From Anolis carolinensis (lineage: Eukaryota), in the NCBI RefSeq assembly GCF_035594765.1, contig NC_085846.1, positions 104,705,190 to 104,769,189 of the forward strand: 64,000 bases of DNA, written 5' to 3'. Below are positions 1-12,029 of this stretch, one piece after another (position 1 is the stretch's first letter; each line of letters begins with the position of its first letter). Under the pieces are notes generated by a model. That model made no database searches, was not told the origin of the DNA, and worked only from the letters and a program-made list of their open reading frames with translations. The position numbers and the translations under genes are program-made.

Positions 1-110
1 GGGGCTAACAGCGGGCGCTCATTCTGCTCCCGGGATTTGAACCTGGGACCTTTCGGTCTGCAAGCTCAGCAGCTCAGTGCTTTAACACACTGCGCCACCA
101 CCAGGGGCCC
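1..110 (-). mobile_element. Sauria SINE, tRNA-like head portion (cut by window edge)
   Basis: Matches the head end of the full copies at 10892-11216 and 15596-15910 (GGGATTTGAACCTGGGACCTTTCGGTCTGCAAG...TTTAACACACTGCGCCACC); followed by (TACA)n. Confidence 0.85.
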
Positions 111-1534
111 TACATACATACATACATACATACCTACATGTAATTTCAGCAACCCCAAAATTCATAAATCTCTGTTCCCAAGCATTTTCTAAAGGGAGAT
201 CCAGCCTGTACCAATAAAGGAAGGGACAGGAATACAGATTAAGTATATTGAAATATAATGGAATCCATGCATAAGGTGCATATATATTGCATGCTTAGGA
301 CCTCTTCACATGGTCCAACATTTGGCTGTGGGAGTGGAGTGTATGTGGGTGCACTTTCACCATGGAGCCCACTGGCTTCCATCACACTCAGTAAAAGTAC
401 TTGCAGGGTGGTTGCTTGGTGAAACTGTTGCAAAAACTCTCTTTGCCGAAAAATTGCTGGCGGCATACAACAGGAAGCTCCTCATTTTTCCATTGGGAAA
501 TATGGGTTGAGCCAGCTTACTGAGGCTTCCTCCCCTGTGATGAGATAGAGGGGAATCCAGGATGATGTGGGGCATGGGAAACGGGTCCCCACACCCCCTG
601 AGTGGGTGCTGCCAAATTCACCACAATCCATGGCAATATTGGGCAATTTCAGTGGCTTGTGCGTTAAAGGGGTATGAAACTATTAATTATACAATGCCCA
701 GCTACTCTAAATTTAGTTAATTTTAGTATTTGGTTGTTATAGTAAATCAGCTGCTAATTTGTGGTATTTGGTGTTTTTTCAAATACAGTAGTCTCTCACT
801 TATCCAACATAAACCGGCCAGCAGAATATTGGATAAGCGAATATGTTGGATAATAAGGAGGGATAAAGGAAAAGCTTATTAAACATCAAATTTAGTTATG
901 ATTTTACAAATTAAGCACTAAAACATCATGTTATACAACAAATTTGACAGAAAAAGTAGTTCAATACACAGTAATTAGGCTTGATCGATCCATGAAAAAT
1001 TTGATTCTAAACTCGTTTCAAAACTAGAGGGGGGCAGCTTTTCATTTCTGATGGTATTTCCGAATTTGGCCCCCAAAAAATTTCAAAATTAACGAAAATT
1101 CGTTATTTTCTAAATTAATACATTAATGGCGGACGCGCATGCGCAATTCCCAAAAACAGCACAGAGGGAGAGGACTTTACAGGACTCTCCCACCACCATT
1201 TTTTGAGTGATCTTCTTCAAACTTGGTACAGTGGTAGAACACATTTAACACTGATAGCTCACCAAAATTTGGAACGTTTCCCTTATCCTCTGATTTTTGG
1301 AGAATTTTCATAGCTTTTATAATAAACCATTTTTTAATAATTGCAGAAATCTGTTCCTGGTTTGAAAGTCTTATTTCCTGTTAAATTGGGTTGTCTTTAC
1401 TGTGAAAGTCATTGTTCTACTTCAGAAACTTTGTTTTTGTGGCTGAAACTTTGTTAAATTGGTGTGTGTGTGATATAGACTGTGTATATATATATATAGT
1501 CCCTGCATATGTGTGTGTGTGTGTGTGTGTGTGT

Positions 1535-1692
1535 AGGTAAAGGTAAAGGTATCCCTTGACGTTAAGTTCAGTCATGTCTGACTCTGGGGGTTGGTGCTCA
1601 TCTCCATTTCTAAGCCCAAGAGCCAGTGTTGTCCATAGACACCTCTAAGGTCATGTGGCCGGCATGACTACATGGAGTGCCATTACCTTCCC
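1535..1692 (-). mobile_element. Sauria SINE 3' half
   Basis: AGGTAAAGGTAAAGGT (reverse of the ACCTTT tail) plus CTCTGGGGGTTGGTGCTCATCTCCATTTCTAAGCC body; ends where the Penelope-like sequence starts. Confidence 0.85.
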
Positions 1693-1699
1693 AGAAACA

Positions 1700-2060
1700 C
1701 CCAGAAAATGGGAATTCCAGACAGGAAACAATCAGGGCCAGCTAATACCTCCCAACAAAGGATTCCCCCAGGTAGGAAGCAGCCAGGCTTTGAAGCTGCA
1801 AGGCTATTCAATGCTAATCAAGGTGACCAATTGCAACATTCACACTTGCCTCCCACAGACAAGAGTTCTTTCTCCCACCCTGGACCTTCCACAGATATAT
1901 AAACCCCACTTGCCTAGCTTCGCACAGACGTCAAAACCTCTATGTCTGCCACAGATGTGGGTGAAACGTCAGGAGAGAATGCTTCTGGCACATGGCCATA
2001 GAGCCCGGAATACATACCACAACAGTGTGATCCCGGCCATGAAAGCTTTCGACAACACAA
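1700..2060 (+). mobile_element. Penelope-like element terminal-repeat fragment with degenerate hammerhead
   Basis: GCCACAGATGTGGGTGAAACGTCAGGAGAGAATGCTTCTGG...GAAAGCTTTCGACAACACA is shared with 33640-33860; the CTGAGGA core is lost here. Confidence 0.75.
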
Positions 2061-4120
2061 CCACAGTATCCATTCAAGTTCATGTAGCGTGGTATGGACT
2101 GGAGACCTGTATTGGGGGGAGGGAGGGTGCGAATCTGGGCCCCTGGGAGCAGCCGAGGACGGGCCTGGCCCACACCCCCTCGCATCCCGGGCCTCTTCCT
2201 CCTCACCGCCGGGCCCCTCTCGGTCTCTCCAGGCCTGAGCTGAGGCGAGGCGGCGGCGGCGGCGGCGGCCATTTCCCCCCTCCGTCTTCCTCCTCCTCCT
2301 CGGCCTCCTTCCCCCTCACCCCCTCCCATTGGCTGAGCCTCCCATTGGCTGAGGGGCAAAAGGAAAGGAGTTTGGGTGATTTGCAAAAGCTTTTTTTTCC
2401 TAACGAAAAAAACGAAGAAATAAGAAAAAACGGCCTCTCGCTATTCGAAACCGCGATATCCAGACGTGTGGACAACCAAGGTTCTATATTGCTTCAAAAC
2501 AAACGAAAATAACGAATTAATAACGGGTAACGGGAAAATCGAATTATTTGAGCAAGCCTAACAGTAATGCTATGTAGTAATGACTGTATTTATGAATTTA
2601 GCACCAAAATATCACCATGTATTGAAAACACTGACTACAAAACATTGACTACTAAAAGGCAGACTGCATTGGATAATCCAGAATGTTGGATAAGCAAATG
2701 TTGGATAAGTGAAACTCTACTGTAACCTTTTATTTGCAAAAACAAGAGAGCCTTCTGATTTTTTGAATAGGAAGATTGTATTGGAAAATGGTGTCCACTT
2801 GATTCTTCTACAGCCAGAGCGGACATAGTCAAAGTGTTAATTAAAGACATAGCTTGAAATTAGAGTAAATTTCTGAGAATGCTAGAGAAATAGAAACCCC
2901 AGGTCTAATATCCCCCCTTGTATGTTTTATTGCTTGCAAACTTTGGTGTTGCTTTGATAAGAAGGAAAAAAAGAATAATTAAGATAGTGGATCCTTCTGG
3001 CCCCAAGAGATTCTAAAATATGTTTACCATGAAAGAGCCCTCTAAGCCTCACTTATATTTGAGGATAATTTAGATTTGTGGCTTTGGAGGAACAGTTCAG
3101 TAGCCATCTGTAAAGTATCAATTTAGGAGGCAGAGCTTGAGATAAGACATTCAATTATCTTGAAGTCAGATTCTGCAGCCTTATGTCTGTTCTAGAAGGG
3201 GAAAGATGCCCCTAACTCATCACTGTCCTATGATGTCAGATTGGCGCCCAATAATGAATTCTTCCTGAGATGCATTTGACATATATTATGGGGATTTACT
3301 GCTTTTGGATGAATTGATGCTAGTGAGCAGTAACCTCAAAAAAGATTAACACTCCACAGGAGCTGAGAGGTGGAACATGAAAAAGGATGGTGTCCAATCA
3401 CAACTGCAGAGAATGCTTGCAAGAATATTAAATTCGATATATATATATATTTTAAAAATTGTATCTATTTCCCTTAACATATCCCCAGCAGTCTGCCATT
3501 AGCTGTGTATGATGCTTGAAAAATGATCTCAAAGGCAACCAACAGAGCTATACAATTTATCTAACTCTGATCCTTTTTATTCATAATTGTATGTACTATA
3601 TATATATATATATCTTGATGAAACTAAATGGAGTCCATAAATGAGACAGTGAAATCCAAGTGTGACCAACTTGCTAAACTTGTGGTACAGAAGCTTTCAT
3701 GGCTATGGCTGCATTATGTTTCAAGCATTCCCTCTATATTTCCTACTACCAGCATGTTTTCATTTTTATTTTTCCAGAACTTGATTAATGCTGATATGAA
3801 CCGCAAATAAATCTACGGATGTCAGGTTGTGTACCACAACAACAAGGATCAGATTTTGGCCTTTGGTATTCATCCAAATGCACAGTTCAAATGGCAACCT
3901 TCTGCAAACCTAATTTAAACATAAAGGACATTAATTCTGGTCTGTGATTTTAGCATTTTAGAAACATGCTAGGAAAGGTCACTGCAATTAAAGCATAATG
4001 TGAAGAGGGGGAAAAATGTTCAAAAACAAAAAAATCAAGCGGAATGTAGTTTAGTCCTTATGAAAAGTCATAGATTTTCATTTCAAAAGGAGAAAATATA
4101 AGAGTGCACAAAGAATTGTG

Positions 4121-4272
4121 ATCACAGATTCATAGAACTGGAAGGATCTGCAAGGGAACATCTAGTCCAACCCCTTACTGTGCAATTGAAGTACTCCTGA
4201 CTAAATGTCCTTCTATTTTTGATTTAAAGATCTCCAAAGGAGGAGAGACCATCACCTTTCAAGGGAGCCAAC
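4121..4272 (-). mobile_element. Old CR1 3' end fragment
   Basis: CATAGAACTGGAAGG...ATCTAGTCCAACCCC...CTCCAAAGGAGGAGAGACCATCACC resembles the CR1 end at 53112-53350. Confidence 0.6.
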
Positions 4273-4970
4273 TCCTAAAGACAAATGCGTATATAGTCCA
4301 GCATTTTGTCCAAATTGGCCTACCAGATCTTCAGAAAAACCGCACTAAAAGGAAATTATGCCAACAGCATCCTTGCTCCTGAACCACAGAAATACAAAAG
4401 AAAACTACCTCTATTTTTGGAAGAAATACATATCTGCCATTGTTAGGCAAAAGGGTTAGACGTCTTTAGAAAGTACATGAATTTCTGAATAAACTGAAGG
4501 GCTTTGGGAAAGAGCTAGGTTTCAGATTTCCTTTTTTTGAGGAACACAGGAAATTTTATTTCTGTGGAATTGAAGCTCTCTGAAATGAGATCCCCAACAT
4601 CCCAATGAATACAATTTCCAAGTTTCAGGGGGTCAATGTAACCTCTCCCCTGCCCCACCCCAAAAGCACTTTGCAACAAACTGTTTTTGTCCAGCTACCA
4701 GTGAAAATCTCTGATTTGAACTTAGTTCTGGAAATGAATTCTGGGGGGAAGAAGAAACAGGGATTAGAAGTCTCTGAACTTGCAAAGGATGCATTTCCAC
4801 ACAATGGTGTAGGGAGTTGTTTTGAATACTTGGAAAAAGAGCTGGAAATCAAATAGGCAAATCCATAATATGTTTTTGTAATATCTGACCCAGCATCAAA
4901 GGCACTAGGCTGTTGGTTTCCACTTCTGGATTGTTACTCATAAGACAGGCAGTTGCTCTTTATTGTAAGG

Positions 4971-5401
4971 CCAGGGTTCTTAACCATTGAACCACAAACC
5001 CCTTGGGAGCCTCTAAAAAGATTCCAGGGGGTCTATGAACTGGAATGGGAAAAAAAATCAAAATATTATCTTTATTTTCTCTGACTTCAAACTGAAATCT
5101 AACATATGCTTTACTTAAATGTATAACATAAATCACAGTAGTATTAATTTCATATCACACTACAGTTGCTGCAAATCCCAATTTTTTTATGTTCATCTAC
5201 TGTGAAATTATGGTGATTTTTAGACCCAGTGCTAGGTCACATGTGATCACTATCCTGCTATGTATAACTAAAAATTAATTTAAAGACATGCCAATGTTGA
5301 ATATAATAAAACTATCTACTGGTACATTCTGAAAGGGGGTCCATGGTTTTCACTTAACTGGCAAAGTGGTCCATGGAACAAAAAAAGGTTAAGAATGCCT
5401 G
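4971..5401. mobile_element. hAT-Charlie non-autonomous element, MER113-like
   Basis: TIRs CCAGGGTTCTTAACC / GGTTAAGAATGCCTG; near-TSD TTGTAAGG / CTGTAAGG; internal sequence recalls the MER113 consensus. Confidence 0.75.
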
Positions 5402-6842
5402 CTGTAAGGGGTGCCCCCCATTTGGAAATGGAAAGTTTAACTTTCATTTAGACTGAACAAGATGCCCTGCATTTGGGGAGGTGGGCCCTTCATTAAGACA
5501 GAATCTGTACTTCATGCAGTGTACAAATATGGACAATCTGGTTATTTTAAAGAGAAATGTGTGACTAATTTAACCAAAATAATTTTTTTCTTTTGGAGTT
5601 TTAGTAGAACACAGATTTTCCAATAGCTACTTCCTGATTGTCAATCATGCATTTCGGCCATCTTTTATTACCATTTTGAAAATGTGGCAACACTATTTAT
5701 CCTCTAAAAAAATCCTAAATGGAACCAAAATTGTATTCCATTGTGGAATCCTTTTATCCTCAAGATCCTCCCATGGGGTAGGTTCTCTTGCACCTTACAT
5801 CATTTCCAGCCAATAAACATTTCTCTTTTCTCCTGGTCCATATCATATATTGTTTGAGAACCTATAATATATATTCTTAACTATATCTTATCCCCCCCCA
5901 CAAAATATGTAGGTCAAGTTCTTGCATGGCTCACTTTGGGCAATGTATTGATGAACTCCAATTATCCAATTCTGTCTCTAGTTTCAACTGTGATGAAAGT
6001 AAAAGAATTTAATACTCTTGTAACTTTAGCCAACAGTGGGTCTTCTGCTGGTTTCCTGAAAACCACCAAACAAAAGTATTTGATAATATCAACGTCAGTA
6101 TAAAAGGTCAAAGTCATAAAAGTCACAGATGTTTAAAACTGAAAGACAACTGCTGGCAATTAAATGCACAGGCTGAAGAGAAAGACAGAATGAGAGATAT
6201 TAAAATGTCTGAAATAGCCCTGTAACCTTGATATACCTCTCAGAATTACTTTTTCTTGTATTCCTCTTAAGTTCTTTTCACTTCAAGAGAATTTACCAGG
6301 TGGTTTTTCCCTTCTCCAATTTTTTTTACAAGCAGATGCTCACTTGATCCTTGGAGAAAGAGGGAAAAACTTAAACAGTTTCATAAGCACACCTTAGGGC
6401 AGCAGAATTGCTATTGGAGTGTTGCCTTCTTTGTCCTCAGTTCTATGCAATCAATGACCCATTATTCAACTAATAGAAAATTTGGTTAATAATGGAAATA
6501 AGGCAACTAGAAACATTCTAATGGAGATCATAGGTCAGTGACAGACACATGTTTTGCATGAAAAGTTTTCCCATATTAAATCTATAGAGCTGGGATGGAC
6601 ATATAAGAGAAAGGTTGCTGTTTTTCAATAAAGAGTTTCCTTTCTTGCCCAAAAATGCTATTTTAGTTCAAATCTACTACATTTCAATTATGTGTAGAAG
6701 AACTCCCCAATTACTGGGGTTGTGTAATTTTCTGAACATAAATTAATAAACAGCAAACAATGCTGTTTTATGCACGAAAGAGCCAGGTGTTAATTTTACA
6801 TTGAATAAGTCCTGGACTACAAACAAAACTTAGCCATCTAAG

Positions 6843-7065
6843 GCCCGGGCTGTGGCGCAGGTGGGAGAGCAAGCCAGCTGCAATTAACTGCAATGAATCA
6901 CTCTGACCAGGAAGTCATGAGTTCGAGGCCCGCTCGGAGCCTATGTTTGTTTGTCTTTGTTCTATGTTAAAAGGCATTGAATGTTTGCCTATATGTGTAA
7001 TGTGATCCGCCCTGAGTCCCCTGCGGGGTGAGAAGGGCGGAATATAAATGCTGTAAATAAATAAA
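6843..7065 (+). mobile_element. tRNA-derived SINE with L2-type tail (Anolis SINE2-like), short form
   Basis: A-box-like TGTGGCGCAGGTGG, B-box-like GAGTTCGAGGCC, tail GATCCGCCCTGAGTCCCC...GAAGGGCGG...(TAAA)n; flanking direct repeat ATCTAAG (6836-6842, 7066-7072). Confidence 0.9.
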
Positions 7066-7247
7066 ATCTAAGATTCTTGTCATCAACATTTTCCAAACAT
7101 TTTAATATATATATAATTTGAGAAAAATATTTTCTACATCTTGGAGCTCTTTGTAAGTACAGCAAAGCTACAGAAGCAAATTGTGATTTTAAAAAAATAA
7201 ATTTCCAGTTGTTTTCAATTTATACAAGCTTTTGTAACTTGCCTTAG

Positions 7248-7340
7248 TCTGCATCTACATTATAGAATTAATTGAGTCTGACACCACTTTAACTGCCATG
7301 GCTGAATGTTATGGAATCCTGGGAGTTCTAGTTTTACAGG
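7248..7340. mobile_element. Half of a palindromic MITE family (probably PIF/Harbinger-type)
   Basis: TGCATCTACA.TATAGAATT...GACACCACTTTAACTGCCATGGCT; homologous copies near 28815, 37380, 41068, 42760, 48205 and 61230-61525. Confidence 0.6.
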
Positions 7341-8659
7341 GCATGCAATACTGAACATTGGACATACACAACTATTCATTTAACAAGTTGCATTCATTCA
7401 TAGGGTCAACTTTAAAGTAGAGTTAACAATTGACAAGTGATTGTCCATCATCTGGGATGCCTTTTCTTTTGCTTGTTTTCTTGTTCTTAGTGACCAGTCA
7501 ACGGAAACTGGGTGCTAGTTTATGTAGTTAGGTTACTATTAGAACACATTTCCCTACAGTTTATTAATAAATGTTAGAATGGTTTTTAAGATTAAAAACA
7601 GAATATTTTCCAAAGAGACCTGAGACAGCTAAATCTTTGAGACAAACAAATTATCACAAATTGCACAGCTTGAGTCTCAAAGAAGGTTTTGCAAATTTTG
7701 GGAATTAACTTTAAAAAACAATTTCATCTCAATCACCATATATGATTTTGTATTTCATCACTAGGAACATTTAATATGGCTCATCACATGCTCTTTTTAG
7801 ACAAGTGACCATTATTGGCAAATAAATCAGCCCAAGCATTTGTACTCCAAAGTTACGTTGGGGTGAGTGAATGACTGTTAAAGCAATTTTTGGTAGAGAC
7901 TATTTGCCTTTAGTGGTTTAGAAAGACTGGCAGAAATACAATATCCATTGTTCGGTGTAAAAGAAGTAAGAGGGAGTTAGCAGTATGACACTTTTCAAAT
8001 TCCAAATGTGGATTTAATATCAACATAGAAGTGGCATAGCCAAGTCAGAAGTGCTTTATTTTGCATTTTTATTGACATCATCCAGGATAGGACACCATTC
8101 ACTCTTTTCACCTGTTTGCCAAAACCAGAGAAATTGTATACCCTTCACTGTGGGCACTGTAGGATCTCGATTCAATCTGATGCCAGAAAGATATGGCTTA
8201 TGTTCCTGCCAAGAATTCTATAGACATTTGGAGGAAGTCACCCAGGGCATGGACTAGAAATTAGTGAGCAAATATCTGGGATGTTGCCAATTACTAGCAA
8301 AAGAGAGCAAAGAGCAAGGTGTAACCACCTTGAACAGACTCCATAACATTTGCCTTTAATTGGCAGCAGTATCTCTGTATGTGTCAATCATTAACAGAGG
8401 TCACCTATGAGCTATGATGAGGGACATTTCCTGTCCCATGCTCAATTCCTTTCCCACACAGATAGGAATCTTCTTGAGAGTTCCACAAACTACAGAACAT
8501 GTTTGAAACAATGAAACCTGCTTTTTTGGCTACACAGAGGCTTAACACCGAAACATGATTGGCAAAATTCCAGACATGTTTGTGCTGGGGTGGAATTGGA
8601 GGGAAGCCAAAAAATGTATCCAAAACTTTTTGCAGTTGAGGTAACTACTATTATCCCAT

Positions 8660-8870
8660 AGTTGTGTCCGACTCTGGGGGCTGGTGCTCATCTCCATTTC
8701 TAAGCCGACAAGCCGGTTTACATTCTACTCACATTTGCATGTTTTCAAACTGCTAGGTTGACAGAAGCTGGGGTTAACAGTGGGAGGTTACCTCACCCTA
8801 CAGATTTGAATCGGTGATCTTTTGGTCAGCAAGTTCAGCAGGTTTAACCCATTGTGCTACTGGGGATTCT
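8660..8870 (-). mobile_element. Sauria SINE, internally deleted and diverged
   Basis: CTCTGGGGGCTGGTGCTCATCTCCATTTCTAAGCC joined directly to CTACTCACATTTGCATGTTTTCAAACTGCTAGGTT. Confidence 0.8.
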
Positions 8871-9345
8871 GCCACACAAAAGCAAACCAAATTCCAAAAC
8901 ACTGAGTTGGGGGAAAGAGAGAAGACATGATATAATTCCAAACATTCCAGATCCCTATGAAGGAACAGAAATAGCTTGCCATACTACACATTTCATTCTC
9001 TGAACTGCTGTGGTTGTGTAATGTTACATACCTTGATGGTGGGAAAACTATAGCCTTCTAGGTGCTGCTGTGCTCCTGTTTGAATGAAATCTGAGTATTG
9101 GCCATCCAAAGTCTTAGAACAGGGCTACATGTTCCATATCTCTAATATAGTTTCCAATGGGGTTAGCTGGGATTAAAATGTATTTTCTTAGGAAGTGGCA
9201 GAAGCAGAACTTAGGATGTTATTTTAAAACTGCAGCTTCCAGAATTCCCCAGTTACACTGTCATTTTCAGGCTGGTTAGGGCATTTTGGCAGTTGTAGGA
9301 CTTTACTGCATAAAGCTGTTATTTATGACAGTCACACCATCACTA

Positions 9346-9588
9346 ATATTTATTTATTTATTTATTTATTTATTTACAGTATTTATATTCCGCCCTTCTC
9401 ACCACGAAGGGGACTCAGGGTGGATCACATTACACATATAAGGCAAACATTCAATGCCTTAACATAGAATAAAGACAGAGACAAACGCAGGATCCGAGCT
9501 GGCCTCGAACTCATGACCTCTTGGTCAGAGTGATTTGTTGCAGCTGGCTACAGCTGGCTGCTCACCAGCCTGCACCACAGCCTGGGCC
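9346..9588 (-). mobile_element. L2-tailed tRNA SINE (Anolis SINE2-like), short form
   Basis: Reverse complement of the 6843-7065 family, with a (TTTA)n tail. Confidence 0.9.
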
Positions 9589-9594
9589 TACATA

Positions 9595-10118
9595 CCCTGT
9601 TTCCCTGAAAATAAGACATCCCCGAAAAATAAGACCTAGTTGAAGTTTCGCTCAATTGCTAAATATAAGGCCTCCCCTGAAAGTAAGACCTAGCAAAGTT
9701 TTTGTTTGGAAGCACGCCCGCCAAACAGAACACCAGAGCATGCAGGGTTGGTAAATGTACATACCAGCTGTACATGAAATTCTTGATAGGATTCATTCTT
9801 AATACATTGAAACTAGAATAGAGAGAAACCATCGTGGAAACCTTGTGAAATCTAAACTGCAAGAGGTACCATAGATTGTTGTACATGTAAATAATGGTAG
9901 TAACAAGAAATTCTTGATAGGATTCACAGTTTGTCTGATTACGTTGGTTTGTGATGACAATTACTGTACAGTATATAATAAATTTTCATTTTTTTGTTCA
10001 ACAATAAATGTGAATTCTTCTTCATGGAAAAATAAGACATCCCCTGAAAATAAGACCTAGCGTATCTTTGGGAGCAAAAATTAATATAAGACACTGTCTT
10101 ATTTTTGGGGAAACACGG
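9595..10118. mobile_element. Tc1/mariner-pogo non-autonomous element
   Basis: TA|CCCTGTTTCCCTGAAAATAAGAC ... GTCTTATTTTTGGGGAAACACGG|TA; repeated AAAATAAGAC binding-site-like motifs. Confidence 0.85.
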
Positions 10119-10690
10119 TAATAATTGCTACATATCAGCACGAACACCCTCGCTATCACACTTGTCTCCATTTGCACAATTGTAGCAATTCACTGATTCA
10201 TAGTTTCATACTCGTGCTACCACATATTCTTGTGACCCATCTTTCTACACATCTGCTGTGCTATATCTTTTACATTAATGCAGTTTTGTAGTTGTAGCAG
10301 TTCTTAATGTCTGTCATGGCATTGGTGAATCTAAGGATGATGCGGGAATTTGACCCTTGTGCATTCCTGCAGGAAATTATTTGAAAACATTTTTATTTGT
10401 GAATATCTGACAAATGCAGAGATTATTCATGCACCAGGTTTAGCACTTCGCCAAATGCTGTGATTCAGTTCTTAGCACAGTTAAATTCTAGAGTCCTAAC
10501 CATTGGAGCACTCAGCACCATCCAAGGGAGCCAAAGAACATTAGCAACAGGGAGCTTGGAGGAAAGGGCCGTGTTTGTCTGCCTTTGACCTCAGCTCCTG
10601 GTGACTGGCTCCTTGCAGACTCAGGCCCTGACTGCCTGGCTGAATCAAGGCCCAACAGAAACACCTGCTGCCTCCAGAGGCTGGGACATA

Positions 10691-11342
10691 CTGTATATAC
10701 TGGAGTATAAGCCTAGTTTTTCAGCCATTTTTATAAGACTGAAAAAGCCCCCCTCGGCTTATACTCAGGTGAGAGTCCTGGTTGGCTTATATTTGGGTCA
10801 GCGTATACTCGAGAATTTATGGTACATTTATTATTTTTCTTTATTATTATTGGTATTATTACAATTAATTTTTTCTCTATTATTGTTGCTAAAAAAGGTA
10901 AAGGTAATGGTTTCCCCCGACGTTAAGTCCAGTCGTGTCTAACTCTGGGGGTTGGTGCTCATCTCCATTTCTAAGCCAAAGAGCCAGCGTTGTCCGTAGA
11001 CACCTCCAAGGTCATGTGGCCAGCATGACTGCATGGAGCACTGTTACCTTCCCGCCGGAGCAGTACCTATTGATCTACTCACATTGGCCTGTTTTCCAAC
11101 TGCTAGGTTGGCAGGAGCTGGAGCTAACAGCAGCTGCTCACACTGCTCCCGGGGTTTGAACCTGGGGCCTTTCGGTCTCCAGCTCAGTGTTTTAACGCAC
11201 TTCGCCACCGGGGCTCCTATTATTGTTGCTACTATTACATTTATTTTACTCTATTTTTATTATTATTAATACATTTATTATTTCACTCTGATCTTATTAT
11301 TGCATTTATTATTTTACTGTTTATTACTTGCATTATTTTCCT

Positions 11343-11397
<55 letters not shown>

Positions 11398-11670
11398 AAG
11401 GATACATAAGCACATTTACATTGAAGAAGATGAGAATGATGATTTGATCAGAGTTGGACAGTCTTATCTTAAATTTGAGTTTTATGTAAATATTCAGAAA
11501 CATTTAACCTACTGATGCCTCAATTAATGTAATTTTATTGGTATCTATTTTTATTTCTGAAATTTACCACCCTCGGCTTATACTGGAGTCAATGTTTTCC
11601 TAGTTTTTCTTGTGGTAAAATTAGGTGCCTCGGCTTATCTTCGGGTCGGCTTATACTCGAGTATAAACGG
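10691..11670. mobile_element. Tc1/mariner-pogo non-autonomous element, copy 1
   Basis: TA|CTGTATATACTGGAGTATAAGCC ... GGCTTATACTCGAGTATAAACGG|TA; the empty site GGGACATAAATGG is visible in the neighbouring tandem unit. Confidence 0.9.
10892..11216 (-). mobile_element. Full-length Sauria SINE
   Basis: Complete head, body and ACCTTT tail; 15-bp TSD CTATTATTGTTGCTA (10877-10891, 11217-11231). Confidence 0.95.
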
Positions 11671-12029
11671 TAAATGGAGGATGCTGGTGCTGGCCCAGTC
11701 ACCCAGCACCATCCAAGGGAGCCAAAGAACATCAGCAACAGGGAGCTTGGAGGAAAGGGCAGAGCTTGTCTGCTATAGGCTGCCTTTGACCTCAGCTCCT
11801 TGTGACTGGCTCCTTGCAGACTCAGGCTGAATCAAGGCCCAACAGAAACACCTGCTGCCTCCAGAGGCTGGGACATAAATGGAGGATGCTGGACTGGGCC
11901 CAGTCACCCAGCGCCATCCAAGAGAACCAAAGAAGACCGTAAGATCATGATGGCGGCGGTGAGTAGGGTGTATCTAGATGCTGTTTTATGTTTTAATATC
12001 TTAAAGTTAATTGTTTTAAATTGTATTTA

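Larger units (their letters stand above)
976..2560. mobile_element. Non-autonomous hAT transposon with nested SINE/Penelope and GC-rich cargo
   Basis: Perfect 8-bp TSD ACAGTAAT (968-975, 2561-2568); TIRs TAGGCTTGATC / GAGCAAGCCTA; CGAA-rich subterminal regions. Confidence 0.9.
786..2722. mobile_element. pogo/Tigger-type non-autonomous transposon (MITE), split by a hAT insertion
   Basis: TA|CAGTAGTCTCTCACTTATCCAAC ... TTGGATAAGTGAAACTCTACTG|TA. The halves 786-975 and 2561-2722 join into the same ~310-bp element seen intact at 12397, 26251 and 49782. Confidence 0.9.
10513..11935. repeat. ~205-bp tandem repeat (~2.2 units) interrupted by a transposon
   Basis: CAGCACCATCCAAGGGAGCCAAAGAAC...AGAGGCTGGGACATA at 10513-10690, repeated from ~11704, with a third partial unit from ~11909. 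Confidence 0.85.

Noticed and set aside
1935-1975. Second Penelope hammerhead
   Set aside because: The CUGANGA box is missing (CCTCTATGTCTGCC), so it is predicted inactive.
1655-2512. 285-aa ORF, the longest in the window
   Set aside because: It runs across SINE, Penelope and GC-rich hAT segments; a chance chimeric frame with no recognisable domain.
3778-3825. Possible exon after a strong acceptor (TTTTATTTTTCCAG)
   Set aside because: Stop codons in all three frames within 35 nt.
6843-6930. tRNA gene
   Set aside because: The A/B boxes belong to SINE heads; no cloverleaf.
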